This document shows positions 28,819-38,530 of a stretch of DNA of 64,000 nucleotides, in pieces. How positions within the stretch are numbered: the stretch's first letter is position 1; each line of letters starts with the position of its first letter. The notes beneath the pieces are model-generated. The model saw nothing but the letters and a program-made list of their open reading frames with translations. It was not told the DNA's origin and did no database searches. Both the position numbers and the translations under genes were made by a program. Location of the stretch: positions 1 through 64,000 of IMG/VR virus record IMGVR_UViG_3300036770_008728. The stretch is one strand, 5' to 3'. Source of the DNA: a virus.

Positions 28819-30588
28819 TTAGTATCGAGTAATGATGTTTTTGCCCCGGCGGGTCTGAGGCTCAAAGCCAATCAGGTCCATCGCAGCCCAAATTTTTGTG
28901 TCATCGAGTTCAACTTCATCCATCACAATCGAATCATCAACGTGCTGGTAATCGCCGGCAAAGCTTTGGAAATCGAAGTTCCGAACACCCGCAACCATGA
29001 AGGCCAGTGCGTGGAAGTAGTGATCGTTTTCGTTGAGCTTGACCCAGGTGGCCTCGTCTTCACCGGTACCTTCTTCCCGAACCATGTCCATCAAATGGGT
29101 CGTCAGTGTGGATTTGTCGTCCCGGTAACCGGCTAGTTTCCATGTGCCGTTCCGGATGCCGTTCGCCACGGTATCGAGCATCGCCGTCCGGCCTGCCCGT
29201 ACCGCAGCCTGTTCCAAGAACTCATCTTTGATGGGCATGAACTCCCGGCCCTTGCCATACTCGACCGGCATAATCAGACCAAAGCTCTGGTCCCGGATAG
29301 CATTCGAAGTCGGGGTGTATGGGTAGCGGTCGATACCGCCGGACACAATGTTGTACTGCTCCCTGAGTCCCTTAACCTTCAACGAAAGGTTGTCAGCGCT
29401 GCAGGTTTCAAACCGAAACACGGTCAGGTTATCCACGTCTGGACCAACAGCCAGAACGATATGGCAGGTAGCGCCAACGTCGATTCCAATGAAGACAGGG
29501 TGACCCTTTGCCGGCTCAAGCACCGAATCCTGAATCATCACAGCTTCGATTTGTTCCTGGGTCAGCCGGCTATTGCCCTGATCGTAGGTTTCACCTAAAA
29601 CCGTGTTGTGGAAACCCTTGAGGTTATTCCGGCGCTTGTAGTCAAACAGCTGGGTAACAACGTACTTCGCATCCAGTGTGTGGGTGGAAAACGGCCGAAC
29701 GTGATAACCCCGGTGGTGCGTCCGGTTCGGATACTTGGCCACCCAGGCTCGGGATTCATAGTCGGCCATGTTCAGCCGGCGCCGGCACTTCTCACAGGTG
29801 ATATGCAGGGCATCAAGGTCAATCAGACCGTCATCCAGTAACCGCGGCTCCAAATCAATGAGCGAGTTCACCCGGTCAGTCAGGCCGGGGATCCGGATGA
29901 ATTCCTTGGTGAACAGCGGAATTTGCCAGTGATTGCAGGCGCGGCACTTAATCATGAACTCGTGCTGGTCACTGGCCGCATAACCCTTGTGAATCCCGAA
30001 CCCGTTGTAGGTGGGTGTACTGAAGCGCTGCCGGATACGGAGGTCTGAACCCTGCAAACGCGAGTTGAACAGCGCCAGCATACTCTGGTCAGTCAGGTCC
30101 ACTTCGTCGTTAAAAATGAAGTCCGCGTTGATACTGGTGGCATCGCCCTCAGTCGAGCCGGTGACATACATGAACGAGGTCCCGATTTGCATCAGGCCCA
30201 TCGAGTTTTTCACGTCGCCGCTTAGTCGGAACGCCTTGGCATCCGACTGCAAAATTGGCTGAATACGGGTTTTCGATATCCGCTTGAACATCTTGTCATT
30301 CGGCATCGTGTAAATCAGTGACCGGTTATCCGTCCGCGTCAGAATCGACAGGGCCTTTCTGATTTGGATTTCAGTCAGGCCCACCTGTGATGGCTTCATG
30401 CAGTCCAAGTTTTCGTGCATGTCGTCCGCGATGGCTCTCTGAAAAGGGTACTTGTCAAAGGTAAACGGCTTTTTGTTCAGCGTGGTGTTGATGCACATGA
30501 ACTGGCCGTGCGACATCCCGCTACTGTCCTTGTTGTAGCGCTTTGTCGCATCCTTGATGAAGCCACCGAGGTACTGGTTCGCCATCAC
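28819..30588 (-). CDS. terL: Terminase large subunit, gpA-like
   Basis: PFQ, KPSQVGLTE, DEVD, STPT, two CxxC, LGE, GIDVG, DHYFHA. Confidence 0.92.
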   Translation of the reverse strand: MMANQYLGGFIKDATKRYNKDSSGMSHGQFMCINTTLNKKPFTFDKYPFQRAIADDMHENLDCMKPSQVGLTEIQIRKALSILTRTDNRSLIYTMPNDKMFKRISKTRIQPILQSDAKAFRLSGDVKNSMGLMQIGTSFMYVTGSTEGDATSINADFIFNDEVDLTDQSMLALFNSRLQGSDLRIRQRFSTPTYNGFGIHKGYAASDQHEFMIKCRACNHWQIPLFTKEFIRIPGLTDRVNSLIDLEPRLLDDGLIDLDALHITCEKCRRRLNMADYESRAWVAKYPNRTHHRGYHVRPFSTHTLDAKYVVTQLFDYKRRNNLKGFHNTVLGETYDQGNSRLTQEQIEAVMIQDSVLEPAKGHPVFIGIDVGATCHIVLAVGPDVDNLTVFRFETCSADNLSLKVKGLREQYNIVSGGIDRYPYTPTSNAIRDQSFGLIMPVEYGKGREFMPIKDEFLEQAAVRAGRTAMLDTVANGIRNGTWKLAGYRDDKSTLTTHLMDMVREEGTGEDEATWVKLNENDHYFHALAFMVAGVRNFDFQSFAGDYQHVDDSIVMDEVELDDTKIWAAMDLIGFEPQTRRGKNIITRY

Positions 30589-30950
30589 TTGGTCTTCTTT
30601 TCGAGCTCAATCGACAGCTGGTTCAGCTTCTCGTTGAGCTGGGTGAGTTGCGTCAGCACCCGATCCGTTTGTTGTGCTGACGCCGCCTGATTTGCATCAA
30701 GCGTTTTCTGGAACGCGGCTAACCGGTTGTCCACAGAGGTCTCAAGCCGGCCGACGGCGCCATTGAAGTCGGCCTTCGACAGATACTCGTCTTTCATCGA
30801 GTACTGCCGGTCATCGAGTTTCTGCATCCACACAAACATCACCGTTAAGCCGGCCATGATGAATGGACTCACGAAAATCGCAGCCTGGTGTAACCAGTGC
30901 AGCGCTGCGTGGGCATTCTGAGTGCCGAGTTGTTTGTTATCTTCAGACAT
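30585..30950 (-). CDS. Membrane-anchored coiled-coil protein
   Basis: One TM then coiled coil; start MSEDNKQ overlaps endolysin end. Confidence 0.6.
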   Translation of the reverse strand: MSEDNKQLGTQNAHAALHWLHQAAIFVSPFIMAGLTVMFVWMQKLDDRQYSMKDEYLSKADFNGAVGRLETSVDNRLAAFQKTLDANQAASAQQTDRVLTQLTQLNEKLNQLSIELEKKTK

Positions 30951-31488
30951 TGCCACCGGCCTTACGGAAAATTTCCCGGGCACACTTCAGGTCGATGTCA
31001 TAGAAAATCACGCTGTCTTTTTGTTTGATGGTGAAGCCCATGCCGGCCAGGTTCCCGCAGCCGATGTGTAGCCACGTCACCGAATCACCTTCTTCGACAA
31101 AGGTGATGAACGGGTAGAGTTCCGGATGTTTTTCAATATGGTCGCGGACTTCCGCCGCCGGTGTGGTACTGAACGTGATGTCCAGTGCTCGACCAAAACT
31201 ATGGTCTGAGAATTGTTTGAAGTGCGGGTCGCCCGGTAATCGCAGGCCACGGTACTGCAGGTTCCCGCCAAACGACCAGTTGTTTATCGTCGCGGTACCA
31301 ATCTTCTGGCCTTCTTCGTCCAGACAGAACCTGTCGGCCAGAGCGTCGGCCATCATCAGGATCCGTGGGTCGATATAACGCAGAACGCGGTTTTCCCCTA
31401 ACTGCTGGAACGCCTTCTGACTTACCAACTCTGCGGGCTTGAAGTGGCGCGGGCGGTAAAAATTAAGCGCGGTGCTCACGTCCGACAT
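30943..31488 (-). CDS. Peptidase M15-type endolysin
   Basis: RG.R ... S.H..GRA.D ... WLH zinc-peptidase motifs. Confidence 0.85.
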   Translation of the reverse strand: MSDVSTALNFYRPRHFKPAELVSQKAFQQLGENRVLRYIDPRILMMADALADRFCLDEEGQKIGTATINNWSFGGNLQYRGLRLPGDPHFKQFSDHSFGRALDITFSTTPAAEVRDHIEKHPELYPFITFVEEGDSVTWLHIGCGNLAGMGFTIKQKDSVIFYDIDLKCAREIFRKAGGNV

Positions 31489-31621
31489 GCTTGTTAATCC
31501 TCTGATTGTATTGCCTGATTTTGTGCGGCAATTTCAGTATATCACCGGATAATTTGAATGTGGAACGGCAATATTCCGGTATGATTCACTGGAAAGTAAC
31601 ACATCGACAGGATTAACAAGC

Positions 31622-32146
31622 ATGTCAGAGCAGAAAAAAGAACCCCGTGAGTACCCCAGAATCACCCCATCCATGGAAGATATGCTGGTCGAACTGGCTC
31701 AAATGTACCGCCAGTACCCGGATTTTCTGACCCATAAAGACTGCAAATACCCACTGGCAGTAAAAAACGCCATCGCCGCGATTGCAGCCAAAAATGGCTC
31801 TGTTGCACCGGTTTCAGCTCAAAAGCTCGCAGATACCAATCAAAACTCAACCGAAACCACCGAAATCTCTCTGGAAGAGGTCGATATTCACCAAGAATCC
31901 ACGCTTTTGTTCCAAAACCTGAAGACGTTTATGAAGGACATGAGCAAGATGGAGACCAGTGAAAAGGCCCAAATCTTCCGAACGGCCACAGCACTGCTCG
32001 AAAAATTACTCACCATCAAAGAGAAATCGAGCGGCATCCAGAAGTATGAGGATTTCAAAGCGCTGGTTATGAACACCCTCGACCGGCATCTGACGCCGGT
32101 TCAGATAACCGGATTTATCGAGCAGCTGGAAGAACTGGAAAAGTGA
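31622..32146 (+). CDS. Hypothetical helical protein (possible small terminase subunit)
   Basis: Conserved RBS motif; divergent from endolysin/terL; function inferred from proximity only. Confidence 0.5.
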   Translation: MSEQKKEPREYPRITPSMEDMLVELAQMYRQYPDFLTHKDCKYPLAVKNAIAAIAAKNGSVAPVSAQKLADTNQNSTETTEISLEEVDIHQESTLLFQNLKTFMKDMSKMETSEKAQIFRTATALLEKLLTIKEKSSGIQKYEDFKALVMNTLDRHLTPVQITGFIEQLEELEK

Positions 32147-32148
32147 CC

Positions 32149-32182
32149 CAAATAAAAAACCCCAGTGTCTGGGCTGGGGTTT
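32149..32182 (-). terminator. Intrinsic terminator (possibly bidirectional)
   Basis: AAACCCCAG CCCAGACA CTGGGGTTT TTTATTT. Confidence 0.8.
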
Positions 32183-32237
32183 AAGCAATGCAGGTTTCGT
32201 ATGGCAACAACAGGGAGTGGAACACCTCAGGTTCGAT

Positions 32238-32260
32238 AAAAACCCCTCAGAGGCAGGGGC
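32238..32260 (-). terminator. Intrinsic terminator after 32297-33028
   Basis: GCCCCT GCCTCTG AGGGGT TTTT. Confidence 0.7.
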
Positions 32261-32296
32261 TTAAGAATCGGAGTCTTTGATGTTCCGCTTTTTAGG

Positions 32297-33028
32297 TTAC
32301 GCCTGCGCCACTCCAATGGCAACCAGAATTTTCATCAGCGCCTGAGACCGGCTGCAACCAAAAGCCGATTCGATTTCCCCCAGTAATTCCACCTGCCAGG
32401 GTAGCAATGAAACCGCCATCACCGGCCGGTCAGTCCGACCAGATTCCAGCTGAAAGTTGCTGCAGTCCACAAACGGAACCGGGTTGTCCGCATACTGTTT
32501 CATCCACTTCCGCAGCAGGTTCCCATACTTGGCGCCGTAATCCAGTAACCGGCTTTCCAGTTCAGTTGTCAGTCGAATGGGTGCCCTTTGTCCCTGCCCA
32601 GACTTCGGCCGACCCTTTGTTTTGGTCTCAGGTTTAGTTTCATCGGGTAAGGTCGGAGCCTTGGCCACCACCGGTAACTTGGCCAGGTCCTTCCCATGCC
32701 GGTAGTTCAGGCCCGACCAAAAGAGCAGGTCCGCGGCCGCGACCAGCGTCGTGCCATGCTTCTGAGCAAAGCGCTCGACCAGACCGGCCGTTTTCGCACT
32801 CACCCGAATCGACTCCGTTGGCCGGCTCGACTTCAGCCCCAAGGCATCATGCCGGCTCACCCCCTTCAGCAGCCCCAAGGTCACCAGCTCGTCCGGGTCC
32901 AGCCCGTCCAGCAAAGCGGCCAGAGGCAGCTCGTCATCCGCCGGACTGTGGACGTGAAGTTTTACCCGAGTCTGAAGCGGGGCGGTGTTTGGGTGTTGGA
33001 GGTGGTTCAGGGGCGGGCTGGTATCCAT
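32297..33028 (-). CDS. Multi-ribbon-helix-helix DNA-binding protein
   Basis: SIRVS..T...V..FA..HG, PIRLT.EL...L, AVSL....ELL.EI...G.SRSQA. Confidence 0.6.
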   Translation of the reverse strand: MDTSPPLNHLQHPNTAPLQTRVKLHVHSPADDELPLAALLDGLDPDELVTLGLLKGVSRHDALGLKSSRPTESIRVSAKTAGLVERFAQKHGTTLVAAADLLFWSGLNYRHGKDLAKLPVVAKAPTLPDETKPETKTKGRPKSGQGQRAPIRLTTELESRLLDYGAKYGNLLRKWMKQYADNPVPFVDCSNFQLESGRTDRPVMAVSLLPWQVELLGEIESAFGCSRSQALMKILVAIGVAQA

Positions 33029-33131
33029 GGCATACCTCTAAATTTTTAAAATTTTTTCCGGGAGCTATCTTACCCCACATCGCGCTTCGGACACAATAGC
33101 ACAGAAAAAACCTGTACACCTTGCCAGATAT

Positions 33132-33140
33132 TGCCATAAT
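33132..33140 (+). promoter_or_regulatory. Extended -10 promoter element
   Basis: TGcCATAAT upstream of gene 33264. Confidence 0.45.
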
Positions 33141-33263
33141 GCAAGGGCAGACCAGCTGCAAACGAGGCCCACCGGCTTCGACGCTCTAGTACTGCCCTTA
33201 GCCAGGACACGGTTGGAAACTTCCAACCGAACCGAACCAAGCCAAACAATGGGATTAATAAAC

Positions 33264-34007
33264 ATGAACAAATTAGCTGCTTTCTCTAAAAACATCGTTG
33301 CTGCAATGGAATCTCAGCGCTCCGGTGCGTTGGTTGTAAATTTACTGCTGACGCAGCTGCAGGTAGGTCAACCAGCTTTAACTACTGCTGACTGCTGGAC
33401 TTTGGTCGGCGGTGCGGGCAAACCAACCAAAAAGAATTCGTTAGTTTACTACCGCGCCAGTTCACTGCAGAAAACCGCTAAGCAGGTGAGCGAGATTTTG
33501 CAACAGCCAGCGGCAACAGATTGGGATCAATTCAATACGCTGCTGAATGCCGTTGACTTTGCGGATGAACAACTGCAGGCCCAACCGGCATATCTGGCGC
33601 TGCAGGGCTTCATTGCAATGAAAGGTTGTCATGCCTGCAATGGTTCTGATATCCGTGAATTTATCGCCACATTGCGCCCAGCCAGTGAACAACCTGCAGC
33701 GGGCAAAGCACAGGGCACAGAATCACAGCAAACAGCCACAGCCAGCGCACCGGACACGGTATCAGCTGAGGCCGGCACCACAGCGGGCAACACTGAAGCG
33801 GAAATTGATTTAGCCGCGTCAATGCTGGCAGATCTGGCAACGGCGGATAATATCGTTGGCAAAACTATTGCCAGCCTGATCGGCCTTGATCCGGTTGTTG
33901 CCATGCAAAAACTGGCTGAGGCTTGGCAGGCTGACCGCGCCAGACTGCTGAAAGAGATCAATACTCTCGAAGCTGCAGCGGAAAAACGCGAGACCAAAGC
34001 GGCGTAA
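33264..34007 (+). CDS. Hypothetical Ala-rich protein
   Basis: Start ATG 33264 by motif variant GGGATTAATAAAC. Confidence 0.75.
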   Translation: MNKLAAFSKNIVAAMESQRSGALVVNLLLTQLQVGQPALTTADCWTLVGGAGKPTKKNSLVYYRASSLQKTAKQVSEILQQPAATDWDQFNTLLNAVDFADEQLQAQPAYLALQGFIAMKGCHACNGSDIREFIATLRPASEQPAAGKAQGTESQQTATASAPDTVSAEAGTTAGNTEAEIDLAASMLADLATADNIVGKTIASLIGLDPVVAMQKLAEAWQADRARLLKEINTLEAAAEKRETKAA

Positions 34008-34119
34008 TCCAGCCCGACCGACGAACGGGGCCACCACCTGGCCCCGTCAATCCCTATTTGTACACATGCACCGCCCAGGCGCAGGCCCGGACGGCCGTTG
34101 TGCATTTGTGCGTAAGAAA

Positions 34120-35060
34120 GACTTTTTCAAATAATCAGGGTGGGGAAGTTACTACCGGTTATTTGAAAGGGCCTTGAATTTCCGCGAAGGCCGGAATTTG
34201 GACGTTTTTTCTGAAAGTAGAACCACAGGAGGTTCTGACTTGCATGAAAAAAGTGAATATATGCAGGTCAGACCCTAGGTTCTAATTATAAAGAGAACCA
34301 TTTCATTAATGGTTAGGATCTGAACCTAGGCGGCGCCACGTCAGACAAGGGCTGCAGAGGAGTTGACCATCACCATTTTAGGGTCGTGTTCCGATTATGG
34401 TTAAAATCAAAGTGAATAAATATTCATTGAATGGTTATTTATGCAGTTTTTATTCACTTTTGTTTTGCTCAGGGTCTGACCCAGACTCAGGTTGACGTTT
34501 TTGGCCTGTTCGACTACTCGCGTCAGGGTGTTTTTGTGATGTAGTCGGACGGCTCAAGGCGTCGTTGTGGTGCTGATTGTACGTCGCGGCCAGCGCGTCG
34601 TTGTAGTTCTGGCTGTGAATTCCGTGACGGAACCCGAACGGGAGTGTATTTACTACCCGAACCACAGCCGGACCCTGACCCGGACCCTAAAAGTATATCT
34701 AAAGTGGACCCTGACCCGGACCCAACTAATCAGCATCTGACCCGCTACAGCCCTACTCCCACAAGGCTTTCAGGCGTTCAGACCCTAACCCTTTTTCACA
34801 GTCACACCCTTATTTTGACCCCCGCAAGCAGCTGGGTGTGGCTGTGGTTTTTATTCCGACGCTGACCTGACCACTGCGCCAGGTTGTGTCCTTTGTGGCC
34901 TGGGGCGCGTTCAGACCCTTTTGCCTACCCTGAAACTGGTGTTTTTCCGACTTATAATTTTGACCCGCTCAAACCCTTGAATTTGCGCGAGTTTTGGAAT
35001 TTGGACGGTTTTTCACCTATGAATTAATCGAAAAATTTGGGTAGTAACTTGCCCACCAAT
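34120..35060. repeat. Non-coding repeat-rich control region (origin or operator array)
   Basis: Many GACCC/CTGACC units, 18-bp inverted repeat 34139/35040, ~39-bp imperfect direct repeat 34172/34975. Confidence 0.7.
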
Positions 35061-35079
35061 CAAAATTAAGGATTAACAA

Positions 35080-35379
35080 ATGAGCTCAGCACTGCACCAG
35101 AAAATCGACGCGATGATAGTGAACAAGCCGGGGCGCTTTGTGCTTCTGACCCAGACCATGAATGGCCAACAGGAGCAGGAGTTCACCAACGCTCTGGACC
35201 TGCTTGCTGCAGCCAAATCCTTTGCGGCCACCAGTCTCTTTAACGGAGAACCTCTGTGTCCTGTGGACATGATGTATGTCCAGGCTGGCCAGAAGAAATG
35301 GACCTGGACCCCGCAGGACTACAACGAGCTGCGGGGCCTTGAGCAGACCCCGAACTTCCGTATTTGGCGAGCTGCTTAG
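35080..35379 (+). CDS. Hypothetical protein
   Basis: Conserved RBS motif. Confidence 0.75.
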   Translation: MSSALHQKIDAMIVNKPGRFVLLTQTMNGQQEQEFTNALDLLAAAKSFAATSLFNGEPLCPVDMMYVQAGQKKWTWTPQDYNELRGLEQTPNFRIWRAA

Positions 35380-35385
35380 TGGTGC

Positions 35386-35413
35386 TTGACGAATGTGGTG
35401 TGGGTAGTATCTT
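35386..35413 (+). promoter_or_regulatory. Sigma70-like promoter
   Basis: TTGACG, 16 bp, TATCTT, followed by CTGACC. Confidence 0.45.
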
Positions 35414-35464
35414 TCTGACCGTCACCTGACATTCAGGGACAGAACAATTAGGGATTAACAAAAC

Positions 35465-35668
35465 ATGACTGCTACAACAGCTTCTAAACAGGCCCCAGAC
35501 TGGGCCAGTCGAATTACCTGCGACCTACCCCTTGCCTCGGTGGGTTCTGCTGCACCTGAAGCGATTCAGGCCGACCTCCGTCGATTTACGAACCAAGCTC
35601 TTGCTCTGGTTTGGCGCAGACTCTCAAAATCGACCCGTGAATGGCTCACTCAGTGGTGGGCATCATGA
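35465..35668 (+). CDS. Hypothetical protein
   Basis: Conserved RBS motif. Confidence 0.7.
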   Translation: MTATTASKQAPDWASRITCDLPLASVGSAAPEAIQADLRRFTNQALALVWRRLSKSTREWLTQWWAS

Positions 35669-35790
35669 ACCACTTCCACTACCGCGAGGGTTACCCCGCT
35701 CAAAGCAAAATGCCTGTGCGTGTCCTGTTCACCATTCTGGCCGTGGCGGAGCTTTGTCTCCTGGTTGGCGCGTTTATGGTGTCCAAATGA
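35665..35790 (+). CDS. 41-aa membrane peptide (not in ORF track)
   Basis: ATGA overlaps at both ends; VLFTILAVAELCLLVGAFMV. Confidence 0.6.
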   Translation: MNHFHYREGYPAQSKMPVRVLFTILAVAELCLLVGAFMVSK

Positions 35791-36074
35791 CTCCGGTTCA
35801 GCTGTCGGTCGCAAACATGGACGCGGGCCAGCTGCCGGCTGATTTTCACCAATGGTTCCCGATTGTGGATGCACTTCTGAAGGTGACTGGCGCGGCCGTC
35901 ACCTGCTGGTACAACCCACGCAGTGGCTACGTCGAGGTTTTAAACCACGACATGGTTGTTGCTGAGTGCGCCAGCCACATTGAGCTGCATTGTTTCTACG
36001 CCGGGATAGTGATTCAGATTCAGAACTCTGGGGCGGTAGTAGATTTGCTACCACTGAGCGTTCGAAAGCATTGA
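35787..36074 (+). CDS. Hypothetical protein
   Basis: Start MTPVQ by ATGA coupling. Confidence 0.6.
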   Translation: MTPVQLSVANMDAGQLPADFHQWFPIVDALLKVTGAAVTCWYNPRSGYVEVLNHDMVVAECASHIELHCFYAGIVIQIQNSGAVVDLLPLSVRKH

Positions 36075-36081
36075 GGTTTGT

Positions 36082-36369
36082 ATGCAAATTGATGGCAAAG
36101 ACTTCACGGGTTTAACCGATAAGCAGGCCGAGTGGCAGCTGCACCACATGAAGGGCGCTGACATGGTATGGCATCTGGGGATCTTTTTCCTGGTGTTCGC
36201 TGCCTTGATGATTTCGGCCTTACCCATGCCTCTGGTGGTACTTCTGCAGTACCCATTCCTGTTCCTGGCAATATCCAACACCGAGGCCGCAAATGACCGG
36301 CGCTGGGAAGAATATTTGAATTGGTATTGTGGCTCACTGTGGCTGGATAACCTTGAGGAGGTGGAGTGA
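36082..36369 (+). CDS. Hypothetical membrane protein
   Basis: GAGG SD, long hydrophobic segment. Confidence 0.7.
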   Translation: MQIDGKDFTGLTDKQAEWQLHHMKGADMVWHLGIFFLVFAALMISALPMPLVVLLQYPFLFLAISNTEAANDRRWEEYLNWYCGSLWLDNLEEVE

Positions 36370-36593
36370 TGCGAAAACAAAAGGGTTACATCGACACTTC
36401 CGGTTTCGCGTTTTTCTTTTTCTTTGGGCTGGTTGCTATGGCTGTGCTGGTACTGATGACTCCAATTGTTATGTACGACCAGTATCAGGCCTACAAAGAA
36501 GAGTCCAAGTTAATTTCAGACTGTGAGCGGGGGCTTCCTCGGGAGAAGCGCTGCGTCATTGTCAAAATTGCCAAGCTTGAGGAGCAAAACTGA
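36369..36593 (+). CDS. Hypothetical membrane protein
   Basis: One TM, C-terminal C...LPR...C. Confidence 0.7.
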   Translation: MRKQKGYIDTSGFAFFFFFGLVAMAVLVLMTPIVMYDQYQAYKEESKLISDCERGLPREKRCVIVKIAKLEEQN

Positions 36594-36802
36594 TGGGCAA
36601 CAAAATGTACGTTTCACCAACCCATGAACAAGCAGCCGAGTTCTACAACCGATTGTTCCCGTTCCCTCAGGTTTCCACCACACCATACAAAATCACAGGC
36701 CCTCTGCGGATTAACCTGGTGGCCAGGGCGGTGCGTGTTGCTCTGAGTGACTGGGCCTATTGGGATTTTCCTCGTGAAGTGGTGGAGGTGTGTGATGTCT
36801 GA
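36593..36802 (+). CDS. Hypothetical protein
   Basis: GAGGAG SD, coupled start. Confidence 0.65.
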   Translation: MGNKMYVSPTHEQAAEFYNRLFPFPQVSTTPYKITGPLRINLVARAVRVALSDWAYWDFPREVVEVCDV

Positions 36803-37367
36803 ATTTCAAAAAGAAACTCGCTATATCGTCCTGAAGTTATCGAAGCTGACCGACCACCAGAAAACCGCCTTAGGCGCGGTGCTGGCTGAAATCAATTTGG
36901 AGGAGTCGGCAATGCCTGAGTGTGTGGTCGTTGAGCATGACTGGCCGAACTTCGATGAGACCTGGGCGGCAATTCAAGCCATTTCTGAAGGAGGCTTTGT
37001 CAGTGGTAAAGAACTGGTGCTGGAGCGTGATCGCTTACGCCGTGATTTAGACAATTCCGAAGAAAATGCCCGGCAGCAGTCGGCAATGAAAGTTCAGGCC
37101 AGACAACAGCGCAATGAGGTGATGGCTTCATTGCTGCAATTGAAAGCCGCCGCGGTGAATGCTTTTGATAACTGGAAAAACAGCCAAGACATTTTTGGAG
37201 CCATGCAGCGTCTGAAGAACACTTATGAGGCCAAAGCCGAAGATACCTTGGATGATGTCAGGGCACATGTGGCACTGGACATGGCCACAGACTTCCGAAG
37301 ATATGTCGAAAATGGAACGTATCTGGCGATGCTCGAATATGCCGTCAAATTGAAAAAAGGAGAGTAA
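36795..37367 (+). CDS. Hypothetical protein
   Basis: GGAGGT SD; RYIVLK..ECVVVE.DWP motif plus coiled coil. Confidence 0.75.
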   Translation: MSEFQKETRYIVLKLSKLTDHQKTALGAVLAEINLEESAMPECVVVEHDWPNFDETWAAIQAISEGGFVSGKELVLERDRLRRDLDNSEENARQQSAMKVQARQQRNEVMASLLQLKAAAVNAFDNWKNSQDIFGAMQRLKNTYEAKAEDTLDDVRAHVALDMATDFRRYVENGTYLAMLEYAVKLKKGE

Positions 37368-37369
37368 TC

Positions 37370-37561
37370 GTGGAAATCATATTTAAAGTATTTTCGGTTG
37401 TGTCTGGCTTAGTGGGTGTCTTAAGCCTAGTCGTTGCCGCAATAGTTCAGTTCGCAAACAACGCCAAAGGCTTAGAAAACCGTATTGATTGGAATGTTTG
37501 GTTGGTATGCGCAGCGATTTCTGCTGTGGCCTTCAGTTTGGCTCATTACTTGTGGCGGTGA
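37370..37561 (+). CDS. Small 2-TM membrane protein
   Basis: AGGAG SD, two hydrophobic segments. Confidence 0.65.
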   Translation: MEIIFKVFSVVSGLVGVLSLVVAAIVQFANNAKGLENRIDWNVWLVCAAISAVAFSLAHYLWR

Positions 37562-37564
37562 GCG

Positions 37565-37888
37565 ATGGCATTTAAAGAATTTAAAGGTCCTCCCGAGGAT
37601 TACAAACAGCCTGAAAACCTAACAGTATTCCAGTGCAGTCACATTGGAGTTTCTGGCACAACGCCGGTCATGGTTCGTCAGACAGGTCCGGAGTTTGAAG
37701 CTCGTATGGGCTTTGCTCTGTTCGGCTCAGCTCAGATGTCGGACGCTGAGTTTGAGGCCTGTGGCTTTAATCCGTTTCACGATGACTTCCATGACAATTA
37801 CGTTCGTGGCATGGGTGCCAGCCAGGATGCAGCCATTGCTGCACTGAAGGTTGAACTCGACCAGCTTTCTGAATCAATTTGGATTTAA
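37565..37888 (+). CDS. Hypothetical protein
   Basis: Tight packing in operon. Confidence 0.7.
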   Translation: MAFKEFKGPPEDYKQPENLTVFQCSHIGVSGTTPVMVRQTGPEFEARMGFALFGSAQMSDAEFEACGFNPFHDDFHDNYVRGMGASQDAAIAALKVELDQLSESIWI

Positions 37889-37891
37889 AAC

Positions 37892-38098
37892 ATGGCCTTT
37901 GTTGAATTTAATGGTTATTCCCACGGTGCTAAAAAATTCGTAAACCCGGCGCGAATTGTTCATTTTGAGCAGATCGGTTTCAACGGGTGCAATGGAACAG
38001 AGCTTCACATGGATGACGGTTCAAAAATCCGTGTGGGCCACTGGCCTCAGGACGTTCAAAAAATGCTTCAAGCAGCAGAATTACAGGACGGTGCGTGA
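37892..38098 (+). CDS. Hypothetical protein
   Basis: FVNP.RI...E..T...M.DG..I.V small beta-domain motif. Confidence 0.7.
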   Translation: MAFVEFNGYSHGAKKFVNPARIVHFEQIGFNGCNGTELHMDDGSKIRVGHWPQDVQKMLQAAELQDGA

Positions 38099-38367
38099 TG
38101 GCCTATATACACGAAAAAGAATGCGAAGCCGCGGGGCTGGACCCGAAGGAAGTTCTCCGGATAGCTCGGGGCATTAGCAAATACGCCAAGCAGGCCCAGG
38201 CTCTGGGTATACAGGTGTTTGGTGGTTCCGGCACCGGGTCGCTGAGATTTCCTGACGGCTGGAACGGTGATTTAGTGCTTGCCGATTTAGATGGAACCTT
38301 CGATGGGGGCGATGGCAAGGCCAATGATTTCGGTGATGATGGTTTAATGAGAGGAGAAGTTGGGTGA
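38098..38367 (+). CDS. Hypothetical protein
   Basis: Coupled start; FGGSGTGSLR..FDGGDG. Confidence 0.7.
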   Translation: MAYIHEKECEAAGLDPKEVLRIARGISKYAKQAQALGIQVFGGSGTGSLRFPDGWNGDLVLADLDGTFDGGDGKANDFGDDGLMRGEVG

Positions 38368-38522
38368 TGGGTGAAGAAAAACCATTCGCTACTTTAACAG
38401 GATTGCTTTCACGGGTTTCAGGTTCGATTTACGGCCGGCAGACCCGTGAAGACCGGCAAATTCAAAAGGCTGAACGCCGGCGCCAAATGAAAAAGCCGGC
38501 GCGTGGTGGTGGCCGGCCTTAA
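38367..38522 (+). CDS. 51-aa basic peptide (not in ORF track)
   Basis: GAGGAG SD, TGATG coupling. Confidence 0.5.
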   Translation: MGEEKPFATLTGLLSRVSGSIYGRQTREDRQIQKAERRRQMKKPARGGGRP

Positions 38523-38530
38523 TGCCAAAC

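Noticed and set aside
12853-30921. Plus-strand ORFs over structural genes other than 20478-20819
   Set aside because: Antisense shadows of long genes, no SD or recognisable motifs
34450-34865. Short ORFs with PDPDP repeats
   Set aside because: Products of the GACCC DNA repeats, no SD
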